From Penicillus capitatus (lineage: Eukaryota > Plantae > Chlorophyta), in NCBI GenBank assembly GCA_965649825.1, contig OZ287719.1, positions 107,309-171,308 on the forward strand: DNA of 64,000 nucleotides, read 5' to 3'. Within the stretch, counting starts at the first letter, position 1. Each line of letters begins with the position of its first letter. The position numbers and the translations under genes were made by a program. This document shows, one piece after another, positions 11,770 to 19,965 of the stretch. The notes under the pieces are model-generated. The model was not told the origin of the DNA, made no database searches, and saw nothing but the letters and a program-made list of their open reading frames with translations.

Positions 11770-13556
11770 ACTTGGTAGCCCTGGTGTTTTTGGTTGATTT
11801 CCGAGGTCACTGGATTAGCCACTTTCCATCGACTGAGTACATCTGCAATCGCATTGTCCTTCCCTTCTACGAAACGGAAATTCAGTTTATCTAGTGAAAA
11901 ATGATGCCTCAGCCAACTATACTGTCGTTGTATCCTTAAATCCTTGAACTTGTGCAAAAATGTTGGCTCCTTCAGCCACTCTATTGTAGCCTGGTTATCC
12001 GAATATACGGTAACAGTAAATCCCTTCGTCATGTAAAAACATTGCTTTAAAGCTTCCACGATCCCCATCAATTCCCCCAAAAAACTTCCTACCTTCTCGC
12101 TTGTAGCGAACGAACCAAAAACACATGGTTGCAAAGCTGAGTTAAACAGAACGAATCCAAACTGGTTCAAAGGATTTCCACACCAATCGGTGTACAAATG
12201 AAACGGACCCACCCTCCGTAGTGTCAATCTGTATGCATTGATACACAAATCGGTCACTGTCTCCTGAAAAATCTTATTCGCTTGTTTGTAATCATTATTT
12301 TCTCTTTTAAGAAACGGCTTCAGCTCATTCATGACATATGTGTATTTGTAGCAATATGGTGCGACTTGTTGACACAGCCCCACTGCTCTTTGAACGTCAT
12401 GGCGTGATTCTACCCTTGGCAACTTCTGTAGAATGGCTTGCAGCTTGTGGTATGGGTTGATGGTGCCGTTATTCAGTTCTGTACCCAAAAAACTCACGGA
12501 GCTCCTGAACCAATCACATTTGTGTATGTTGACCGTCAGACCATATTCATCAAAACGCTGTAATAGCAGCCTAGTCTTTTCAAAGAGATCATTCACTGTT
12601 TCTCCACCCACTAGTATATCGTCAAAGTATCTTATCACGTCTAGTCCTTGCAGAATGTGAGTCATTCTATTATTAAAGAGCTCCGGACTTATGTTAACAC
12701 CCTGCGGAAGTCTACGGAAACCATATGTTATCCCCTTCCAATGCAATGCGAAAAACTTAGACAGACTATCGTCTATTGGTATTGAACCGTACCCATGGAC
12801 CACGTCAACAATATTAAAAACAGTCCAACTTGGATCGATTTTACTAATTGCGTCAGCTACCGGGGTTATTGTGCCACCTTGACTCCCTTTTAGATATGTG
12901 TTGATATCTCTGAAGTCAATAGTCGGTCTTATTTTCCCATTTGGTTTTCTCAAAAAGTTCAAAGGTGCCACGACTGCATGAATGGCTTCCTCCGTAGATA
13001 ACACTCGAATGATCTCTTCTTCAAGTAACGACTCTATCTCTTCGGTAATCTCTTTTTCGGTCAGATCGGAAAAATAGTTTTCTCGCCAGCAAGGTTTAGG
13101 CTCAAAATTCCATACTAGATCCCTTTCGCTAACTCTAATACGTAGTAAATTCTCATTCGCTGATCTGACCTTGTCACAAAAAACATTCGGGAAGATGCCT
13201 TTTAACCTCTGTACTAAACTCATCGTATCGTGCTTATCTACTGAACTCGTCACCATTTGTATTTTCTTCGTATCGTTCTTTAATGCATGCTTCACCCCGT
13301 TAACATCGATAATCCAATCTATGTTCACCTTTCCACACACTAACTTCATTTTGCTTGTGATATGCTGTGGAACATCAGTTTGGTTGAAGATTACTATGCT
13401 TATTTGCCCATTTGTGTAAATCTTGCAACGGCAGAATATTCCTTTATTTTGTGTGCAGTCAAAAATTGCTTTCCATTCTGCGTCTTCGGAAAATCTAAAA
13501 GGTAAGATAATTCTTCTACTCTTAAAAGGCCCTAAAACTATACTCCTTCCTGCCAC
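11691..13556 (-). CDS. Reverse transcriptase - RNase H
   Basis: KIRPTIDFRDIN, RRLPQG, YFDD catalytic motif; RNase H motifs LYTDW, GELMGIVEAL, VYSDNQA and GKDNAIADVLSR. Confidence 0.93.
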   Translation of the reverse strand: MAGRSIVLGPFKSRRIILPFRFSEDAEWKAIFDCTQNKGIFCRCKIYTNGQISIVIFNQTDVPQHITSKMKLVCGKVNIDWIIDVNGVKHALKNDTKKIQMVTSSVDKHDTMSLVQRLKGIFPNVFCDKVRSANENLLRIRVSERDLVWNFEPKPCWRENYFSDLTEKEITEEIESLLEEEIIRVLSTEEAIHAVVAPLNFLRKPNGKIRPTIDFRDINTYLKGSQGGTITPVADAISKIDPSWTVFNIVDVVHGYGSIPIDDSLSKFFALHWKGITYGFRRLPQGVNISPELFNNRMTHILQGLDVIRYFDDILVGGETVNDLFEKTRLLLQRFDEYGLTVNIHKCDWFRSSVSFLGTELNNGTINPYHKLQAILQKLPRVESRHDVQRAVGLCQQVAPYCYKYTYVMNELKPFLKRENNDYKQANKIFQETVTDLCINAYRLTLRRVGPFHLYTDWCGNPLNQFGFVLFNSALQPCVFGSFATSEKVGSFLGELMGIVEALKQCFYMTKGFTVTVYSDNQATIEWLKEPTFLHKFKDLRIQRQYSWLRHHFSLDKLNFRFVEGKDNAIADVLSRWKVANPVTSEINQKHQGYQVCTLGVQQGKRLLEHTKATLELERRG

Positions 13557-13812
13557 AAAGATGAGCCACCCATTTCTTTTAAAAGGAAAAAATTCCGGTT
13601 TGATCTCCTCTGTTACATGGAGGCAACCAGCACTTGAGACTTATTTTTGTTTCCTTTTCCCCTTTTTTGTCCAATTGCGACTTATGAGAATTAGCTTTTT
13701 GATTTCACCCCCCTTTTCTCTTCGATTATTTGTCGCCTGCTGAAAAACAGGCTCCTCTGTCAGTTTTTTTGGCAATGATACCTGGTGAATAAGAATCTTT
13801 CTACCGTCACTA

Positions 13813-16527
13813 TCAAAAACACAATCTTGTTCGCAATCTAAACGGAGGCCTAGCGTTTGTAAAGCTTCTAACCCCAAAATTGGCTTTGTCACCCCCTTGC
13901 ATACTAAGAACGAGAGTTTTGTTTTCCTTGTCGCCAAGAGAACAATCTAACGTGACTTCTCCTAAAGGTTTACTCGTGCTATTGTCAAATCCAGTTACTT
14001 CTTTGGTCGACGTTGTTTCTAAGACAAACTGATGGGTTCTAGCCAAGGATTCCGACAAAACATTGGTTTCTGCCCCGGTGTCCAACAAGAACGAAATCTT
14101 GTTGGGAATGCCAGCAATCTTCAAAGGAAGATTGTATCGGATCAACCTTTTTTGCTTTGTCCCCGTTTCTGTATCGGTTGTCTGTACTACGTTTGTCTGA
14201 GAAACACGGTCTTTGGCCACTCTCTTTGTGCTTCTGCGTGGACAATCCCTCGCTGAGTGCCCTCTTGTTTTGCAGTGTTCGCACAAATATCCGTTTCCAT
14301 TTGATTTGACCTGTTGTCTGCCGGGGAACGGAATTCTTGGCGCGCTTCGTCCATCAGATGTAAACTCGTGCAAGATTCTTTGGACCCGTGACCACTCTTG
14401 GGCGTTGTCACAGCCAAGCGTCCCAAGTTGGGCCTGTATTCTCGGATGGGCAATATTGAAAACGCGTTCGAACGCAACCATGTACTTCTCTGGATGTCGG
14501 ATCTTGTCCATTAAAGTCGTCAACCGAATCGAAAACTGGCTAATATCTTCCTTTCCTTTGGGCAACATTCTTTGCAGATCTTGGATCGCTGGACCGAATG
14601 TAACTTGTTGCCTTTTGACTTGGTCGATATGAACATCTGGCTGTATTTCTCCCACTTCTCCTTGTGGTTGCCTTTGCACATGTTCCTGCACTCTCCGATA
14701 CTGCCTCTCAAGTCGTCTGCGGTCATGATCTGTCATACCACCTCCCAGGTGCCTTCTCTCCGCTTCAATCCAGTCATTCATCGATGGGGCTCGTGCCTGC
14801 TGCCTTGGCGCCTGTGGATCCCTTCGAATTCTGTCGTCCAACTCTTCCACTCTTTGATTTAAAGTTTGAAGGCTTGATTCGATCGTGCCTTGCATCATTC
14901 GTTGTTGATTGATTACCCTTTCCTCCATCTCTTCTGCATTTCTCGCTACACCCTCTGTGAGATTGCGAATCTCTTCTCTGACTTCTTGCATCATACGTTC
15001 CTGCCTCGCATCTCCTATAGTCGCGATTGCTTCTTCTCTCTGATGCTGCGGTTGCTGAGGAGGTTGCTGCGGTTGCTGTCCCTCCTTTCTGCCCGTCCAT
15101 AAACCTTTTAGGCCTTCCCAATCGAATCTTAGGCAAAACCATGCGAATCTCATTGTCCACCATAGGCCTCGAACGATGCTTATCGCCATTCTTATCTTCC
15201 TCGCCAAATATGCGAAGATTGATCCAATCCAGTTTATGATCTTCCCTAGGACAATCATGACTCCGAGCAGTTGCCAAGCATTCTTCGTTATCATGACCCC
15301 TCGCAGGGCCGGCCAGCCGAATATATCCCACAAGACTCCAACGGTCCACGTCACCATGTTATCTCGAGCGCCGAGGATCCACGTGACTATTCTCTCTATC
15401 CAGGTCTCTTCTCCTCGGCTAGTTTTCCATCCGTCGTTTATGTCGTCACATGCGCATTCGTCGAGGATGGACGTGATGTTTTCCATGTGGCCTTTGATGC
15501 TGTGCAATGTCTTCTTTATTTCATCTGCCATATCATCCGACATCCTGTCGTCGCTCCCGATCGTTGTCTTCTTGTGTTTATCTCCTCCTTCCGCGGTGTG
15601 ATTCATCAATTTCATGAATTCGTGAGCCGTTCGGAGGAAGACCTTCATGTCTCGTTCCATTTTGGTTTCTTTCTTTGGCATGTTGTTGAGGGTCGCTGCG
15701 GTGAAGGCGGAGATTATCCCGGGTGATGATACTGCTGCGGTAACCCGCCCTCCAACCATCCAATTGACAATTCCGTGTATTCCCGTTGTCAGCACAGACT
15801 GCGTTAACACGTTGAAGGCGCGTTCTTGCAAACCTATCTCTGGCGTAACCTCCACTGGTTCCACTGTGAGCGGCCACTCGGCCTGAGGCAGAGCGTCTTC
15901 AACTCCTTGCATATTGAAGACATCTTCCGGAGTCGTCTCTGTCACTGCCTCTTGTTCCGGTGTTTTCATCGATGCTTGGCTTTCCTCACGCGTTGGCTCT
16001 AGGCTCTCTGTAGATTCTTCTATCGTCACTTCTGGTTCCTCGGCCTTGGCTGGGTCTTCTGCAAACTCTTCGATCGTCGCCTCCGGTTCATCTACCCGGG
16101 CCCTCTGATAATCATCTTTGGAGATCGGCACGGCCTCTTCAAATCTTCGACGTAGGGCCCTTGCGATCGAGACACGGGTTTCGTTGTCTTCGCTATCCCC
16201 GACTATCATTTCATATACTCGATGCCGCGCTGTCTCTAGAAGCTCCTTCGGTCGCCATTCCCTATCGGATGGTGTCCCACTCACTACTAAGAAAAGCAAA
16301 CTGTTTGTGGTTTTTATCGTTTTTCCGTCCCAAGTAAGTGATCCTCCCTCTGACAGAACATTGACAAGAACCTTCGCCTCACTCAGGGTCATTCCCTGTA
16401 GAGCATCGTATACGATGACGCTGTTTGGACATCCACCGATCGCATCAATGATCGTTTTTTGCGTCTGTCCTCCAAGATCCTCGTGTTCTTCACTGTGTCC
16501 CTTTATGCAGTGCATGCAGTCTTCCAT
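13813..16527 (-). CDS. Extended Gag-protease ORF: AAA+-like N-terminal segment, TM helices, coiled coil, capsid-like region, zinc knuckle, aspartic protease
   Basis: CEHCKTRGHSARDC knuckle; FLLDTGAETNVL protease active site; the protease C-terminus (PILGLEAL) continues in ORF 13641..13937 after a frameshift; hydrophobic block WIERIVTWILG...FAWFCL. Confidence 0.85.
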   Translation of the reverse strand: MEDCMHCIKGHSEEHEDLGGQTQKTIIDAIGGCPNSVIVYDALQGMTLSEAKVLVNVLSEGGSLTWDGKTIKTTNSLLFLVVSGTPSDREWRPKELLETARHRVYEMIVGDSEDNETRVSIARALRRRFEEAVPISKDDYQRARVDEPEATIEEFAEDPAKAEEPEVTIEESTESLEPTREESQASMKTPEQEAVTETTPEDVFNMQGVEDALPQAEWPLTVEPVEVTPEIGLQERAFNVLTQSVLTTGIHGIVNWMVGGRVTAAVSSPGIISAFTAATLNNMPKKETKMERDMKVFLRTAHEFMKLMNHTAEGGDKHKKTTIGSDDRMSDDMADEIKKTLHSIKGHMENITSILDECACDDINDGWKTSRGEETWIERIVTWILGARDNMVTWTVGVLWDIFGWPALRGVMITKNAWQLLGVMIVLGKIINWIGSIFAYLARKIRMAISIVRGLWWTMRFAWFCLRFDWEGLKGLWTGRKEGQQPQQPPQQPQHQREEAIATIGDARQERMMQEVREEIRNLTEGVARNAEEMEERVINQQRMMQGTIESSLQTLNQRVEELDDRIRRDPQAPRQQARAPSMNDWIEAERRHLGGGMTDHDRRRLERQYRRVQEHVQRQPQGEVGEIQPDVHIDQVKRQQVTFGPAIQDLQRMLPKGKEDISQFSIRLTTLMDKIRHPEKYMVAFERVFNIAHPRIQAQLGTLGCDNAQEWSRVQRILHEFTSDGRSAPRIPFPGRQQVKSNGNGYLCEHCKTRGHSARDCPRRSTKRVAKDRVSQTNVVQTTDTETGTKQKRLIRYNLPLKIAGIPNKISFLLDTGAETNVLSESLARTHQFVLETTSTKEVTGFDNSTSKPLGEVTLDCSLGDKENKTLVLSMQGGDKANFGVRSFTNARPPFRLRTRLCF

Positions 16528-16844
16528 GTGCGATTTTTTTCGGTGCTCATTGTTCTGAGCCGTTCCGAGATGCTGTCACACTTGTTTGTTGTGCAGTACA
16601 AGATTACTGCCACGGCCTTTCTCTCTCCTGTTTCGTGGAGCAGTTGTAGATCCAGATTTCTTTTTGTACCGAAAATGTAGTCGTCTGTCCAGTCGCCTTG
16701 TCCGTGTACGAAGTGTCGGATGGTCTCAAGTGTGGTCTTTCTGACATCTGAAAGGTCAGCAGATTGGTGACCCCAAAGTGCAGTCACCCAGAATAGGCTC
16801 AATCCGAAGAGGAGCAGGCCATGCAAACCTCGCTCCGAAACCAT
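16503..16844 (-). CDS. Upstream segment of the Gypsy polyprotein (signal-peptide-like start, first part of the AAA+-like fold), joined to the next ORF by a -1 shift at an A7 run
   Basis: The ATG spans the LTR/PBS junction; LLLFGLSLFWVTALWG hydrophobic leader; TIRHFVHGQ; G-AAA-AAA-AT at ~16534-16541 links it to ORF 13813..16527. Confidence 0.55.
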   Translation of the reverse strand: MVSERGLHGLLLFGLSLFWVTALWGHQSADLSDVRKTTLETIRHFVHGQGDWTDDYIFGTKRNLDLQLLHETGERKAVAVILYCTTNKCDSISERLRTMSTEKNRTWKTACTA

Positions 16845-16878
16845 GTTGTGAGAATTCGCTCGAAAGGGTAAAGGAATG

Positions 16879-17125
16879 TGTCGCCGGTCGGCCGAGCAGA
16901 AAACAATACACAGCGGAAGACTCTTACATTAATCGGAGCAAGGTCTTGAGTGTTCAGAATGTGTCCTTATGTATGCGCGCGGTGACGCGACGTTCCTAGG
17001 CAGGTGAATCATCGTGCTGTCAAAACCACAGAAAAGGGCCCTTTGTCCCGTAGGACAAGACAGGCAGCGTTCCTTGGCACGGATAACCCCCGCAGAACAA
17101 GACAGTGTCACATCGCTCGGCGACA
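16879..17125 (-). mobile_element. LTR related to the TR-GAG LTR family, inserted into the Gypsy 5' LTR
   Basis: TGTCG...CATCGCTCGGCGACA; shares CAGCGGAAG, GGCAGGTGAATCA and the last 19 bp with the LTR at 7964-8199; no TSD visible. Confidence 0.75.
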
Positions 17126-17127
17126 CT

Positions 17128-17403
17128 CGTCGTCGTCGGCCAGGGCGAATTCCCGATCGAACACACACGGTTGCACAAGGAAAAGCTTACAAAACGTCAT
17201 GAGCCCCAGGGCTTTTATCCGGTCCACGCGATGGACAGGTGAGTCACCCACCTCTCAGCACCATAGAACGAGGACCCCTCATGGCCCCCGTCTCCCTTGA
17301 CACGACTCCTGAGTACCCCTTTCAAGCCCGACCCCCTCCCCACCGAGGCAGTCCCATCGCTGCAGCGAGGCCATCACATCGCCAACTCCAAATCTTGGCG
17401 ACA
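17128..17403 (-). mobile_element. Second, more diverged LTR-like segment abutting the previous LTR
   Basis: Starts CGTCGTCGTCGGCC (cf. TGTCGCCGGTCGGCC), contains GACAGGTGAGTCACC (cf. GGCAGGTGAATCACC) and ends GGCGACA exactly where host-paralog homology resumes (17404). Confidence 0.45.
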
Positions 17404-17839
17404 TGTCCATCGATCCATTCTCCTCTTCGTATTCTTTGCTCGTCGACTTCGCATAGGGCAGTCCATCGTGGAAATGCCCTCCGCTGGCCACCTGTCCATC
17501 TGCGTTCGTCCGTGCCAGGACGTAAAATCAAGATCAATAGCGACCATGAAGGCGCGTGGTTGAATCATCCAGTATGTGTCTGCGCTGTCATACAATTGTC
17601 GGTCACATCAAGATAGCAAGCAATCTCGTCGAATGGTTCTGTAGACGCGCACCACGCTTTGTTTTCTAGCCTTGCATGCCGACGCAACAGACATGACGTG
17701 GGGAGTAAGTATCAAGACAGTAACGAATCTGATAGAAAGAAAAACCTCTATCGCCCAATCAGCGACCTGTCGGAGGATACTTTGGACGCGCCTTTTAGTG
17801 ACAACTAAGTCAGAATCCAGGCTTTTATCGTGCGAAAGC

Positions 17840-17911
17840 GCCCTCGTGGTGTAATGGTTGGCGCACTTGAAGTTTTCTCAAGAGGCGTGGGTTCGAATCC
17901 CGCCGAGGCGC
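17840..17911 (+). pseudogene. tRNA-like element (pseudo-tRNA or SINE head) with intact Pol III A/B boxes
   Basis: A box TGGTGTAATGG; B box GGTTCGAATCC; D stem GUGU/GCGC; anticodon stem CUUGA/UCAAG; T stem GUGGG/CCCGC. The anticodon loop AGUUUUC is non-canonical and the acceptor stem is imperfect. Confidence 0.6.
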
Positions 17912-18595
17912 CCCGTGAGTCACTCGGGTGATAATGACTGGCCGGAGGGTGAAGCGGCGACTCATCATGATCAAGAAAATCAGAAGATTGTGCAATTAAG
18001 ACGCGGGTCAAGTCCAGACCGGAGCATGCGGTTATACGTGAGGTGGACGACGAATCGTCGCAGACGCTGTGAGACATGTGAAGCGACGGATGGAAGCACG
18101 AGTCTTCTAATTGAACGATTGAACGATGAATTGACAATGGGCGTCGGGTTGCTGATATGCTAATTAAGCGCATGCAACTGTAAAAATCCAAATCGAATCG
18201 AATCGTGCGAAAGCCATGGTGAGCCGAACTAACGCGCGTAGCGGAGACGAAACAAAACGGCAACACGCAAAGAATTGATAAAATTACAGTTCGGCCGTTT
18301 CCCCGGAAGCTCTCGCCGATCACACATACGATGAACAAAAGCACAAGGCGCGTCTGAGCCTCTTATTTCTTCGGTGTACCTTGACTCGTTTGGCGCAGAA
18401 CGTCCCTCGTCTTCCGTCCTCGCGTTGCACGCAGGTCGCCTCGGAGTCTTCTCACGTCTCCTCGAGAGTCCATCCATTCCGTCCACTGCAGCCAGCTGGT
18501 TCACGCCAAAAAAAAGAAAAAAGGCAAAAAGATAGAGAAAGATGAAGGTGAGTGGATGCAGCAACCGACGCAGTCTTTTGCGCCGGCAGCTTTAG

Positions 18596-18665
18596 GGCTA
18601 GGGTGACTGCTCAGTCAAGGTGACCGAACAGTTTCGACGGCGCCACCCGTCTCATCAGACCCCTT
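18596..18665 (-). ncRNA. Hammerhead ribozyme HHR-1 (type I)
   Basis: Minus strand: AAGGGGU CUGAUGA GACGG-GUGGCG-CCGUC GAA ACUGUUCGGUCA-CCU-UGACUGAGCAGU C / ACCCU AGCC. 12-bp stem III; GUC cleavage triplet; predicted cut between 18605 and 18604. Confidence 0.88.
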
Positions 18666-18765
18666 AAGAGTATTTGCCGATTTAGCGCTATCCAGTCCCG
18701 CCACGAGGAGGCACGGCTCGACGATGCGTTGGCAAACACACCGCCGTTGGGACCACAATTTTGGG

Positions 18766-19086
18766 TAATCACGAAATGAAACGAAATGAAATGCCATTTG
18801 GTGGGGTGGTAATCACGAAATGAAATGCCATTTGGTGGGGTGGTAATCACGAAATGAAATGCCATTTGGTGGGGTGGTAATCACGAAATGAAATGCCATT
18901 TGGTGGGGTGGTAATCACGAAATGAAATGCCATTTGGTGGGGTGGTAATCACGAAATGAAATGCCATTTGGTGGGGTGGTAATCACGAAATGAAATGCCA
19001 TTTGGTGGGGTGGTAATCACGAAATGAAATGCCATTTGGTGGGGTGGTAATCACGAAATGAAATGCCATTTGGTGGGGTAATCACG
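18766..19086. repeat. Minisatellite, 34-bp unit TAATCACGAAATGAAATGCCATTTGGTGGGGTGG, 9 copies
   Basis: GCCATTTGGTGGGG recurs at 18793, 18827, 18861, 18895, 18929, 18963, 18997, 19031 and 19065; no spacers. Confidence 0.95.
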
Positions 19087-19658
19087 AGGATGTCCTTCCT
19101 TCCGGGATTCCTCAACCAGGTCGAAGGGAAGGCCGCGCCTACAAGAGACGACCCTCACCCCGCCTTCGGGACTAACGGGTGGGCCCGACGCCGTAGAAGC
19201 CGCTCAACAGTCCGCGCCACAACCGTCGCACGATTGCCGCCATCGACGGCAGCGTCTCATGCGCTGTTGTATCATTCTTTCGACGGACAACCGAACGACG
19301 ATTCGACGTAGTGGGACCGGAGCTGCGCAACTGTGGGGGAGTATCTCCCGGAAAGAAGGGCCATCCGAGGATGTCCCCCCGATCCGAGATTCCTCAACCA
19401 GGTCGAAGCAAAGGCCGTCTACAAGAGACGACCCTCACCCCGCCTTCGGGACTAACGGGTGGGCCCGACGCCGCAGAAGCCGCTCAACGGCCCCCGCCAC
19501 AACCGCCGCACGATTGCCGCCGTTCTCGGCAGCGTCTCATGCGCTGTGGTAAGGTACTTCAATAGTGCAAAACTTCAATATGACGGAACAATCGAGGACG
19601 CGTTCGACGCATCCGGACTGGAGCTGCGCAACTACGGGGGAGTATCTCCCGGAAAGAA
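19086..19658. repeat. Two diverged direct repeats of ~280-290 bp
   Basis: Both start GAGGATGTCC (19086, 19367), share CTACAAGAGACGACCCTCACCCCGCCTTCGGGACTAACGGGTGGGCCCGACGCCG and end GGGGGAGTATCTCCCGGAAAGAA. Confidence 0.9.
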
Positions 19659-19679
19659 AGACGAAAAATGGTACGCGTC

Positions 19680-19965
19680 ATCACTTATATAACCCTTCAG
19701 ATGATGTGACAGCGTCACATCATTTTGTCGCGCAATCAGCCAATCACGACGCGATTTCGGAATACTAACCGTCGGAAAAAGAAGCTGGGAGGAAGGCGTC
19801 GATTCAGCCGATAGCCAATCACGTTGCAGTATCGGAATATTCCATCTGTCACATCAGAATATTCCATCTGTCGCATCAGAATATTCCTATCGAATCAGCC
19901 ACTCAGCGCGCACCTTTCAAAGCGACGTTGACAGGGTCACATCACCATCCAAGTATTTAAGGCCT
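19680..19965. promoter_or_regulatory. Putative bidirectional Pol II promoter
   Basis: Leftward TATATAA (plus strand TTATATA at ~19685-19691); CCAAT boxes at 19740 and 19815; 22-bp repeat with GAATATTC palindrome at 19835-19887; rightward TATTTAA at 19954-19960. Confidence 0.4.

Larger units (their letters stand above)
10604..16878 (-). mobile_element. Ty3/Gypsy LTR retrotransposon (order gag-PR-RT-RH-IN), with frameshifts and stops; 5' LTR truncated by a nested LTR
   Basis: 3' LTR 10604-10761 (158 bp, TGTTG...GAACA); only 35 bp of the 5' LTR remain at 16844-16878; PBS-like TGGTTTCGGAGC at 16832-16843; domain order diagnostic of Ty3/Gypsy. Confidence 0.93.

Noticed and set aside
13641-13643. 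TAA/TAG-to-Gln recoding (as in some ulvophytes) explaining the in-frame TAA in pol
   Set aside because: Long host ORFs, including the Gln-rich RRM protein, contain no internal TAA/TAG, and several genes end in TAA or TAG.
14850-15450. Retroviral env gene
   Set aside because: The TM region is upstream of and in frame with gag rather than a separate 3' ORF; no fusion-protein motifs were recognised.
17840-17911. Functional tRNA-Lys(UUU) gene
   Set aside because: The anticodon loop lacks U33 and purine 37, and acceptor pairs 1-72 and 2-71 are mismatched.
18615-18630. Alternative minimal HHR-1 fold cleaving at the first GUC (GAAAC-UGUUCG-GUC)
   Set aside because: The 12-bp stem III fold ending at the second GUC is far more stable and places the conserved ACCCUAGCC strand as in HHR-2 and HHR-3.
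18766-19086. CRISPR array (34-bp repeats)
   Set aside because: The units are contiguous with no unique spacers, there are no cas genes, and the context is eukaryotic.
19140-19190. HDV-like ribozyme suggested by a UUCG hairpin followed by CUAA in the ~285-bp repeats
   Set aside because: I could not build P1/P1.1/P3 (no L3 consensus, no GG before P4) on either strand.
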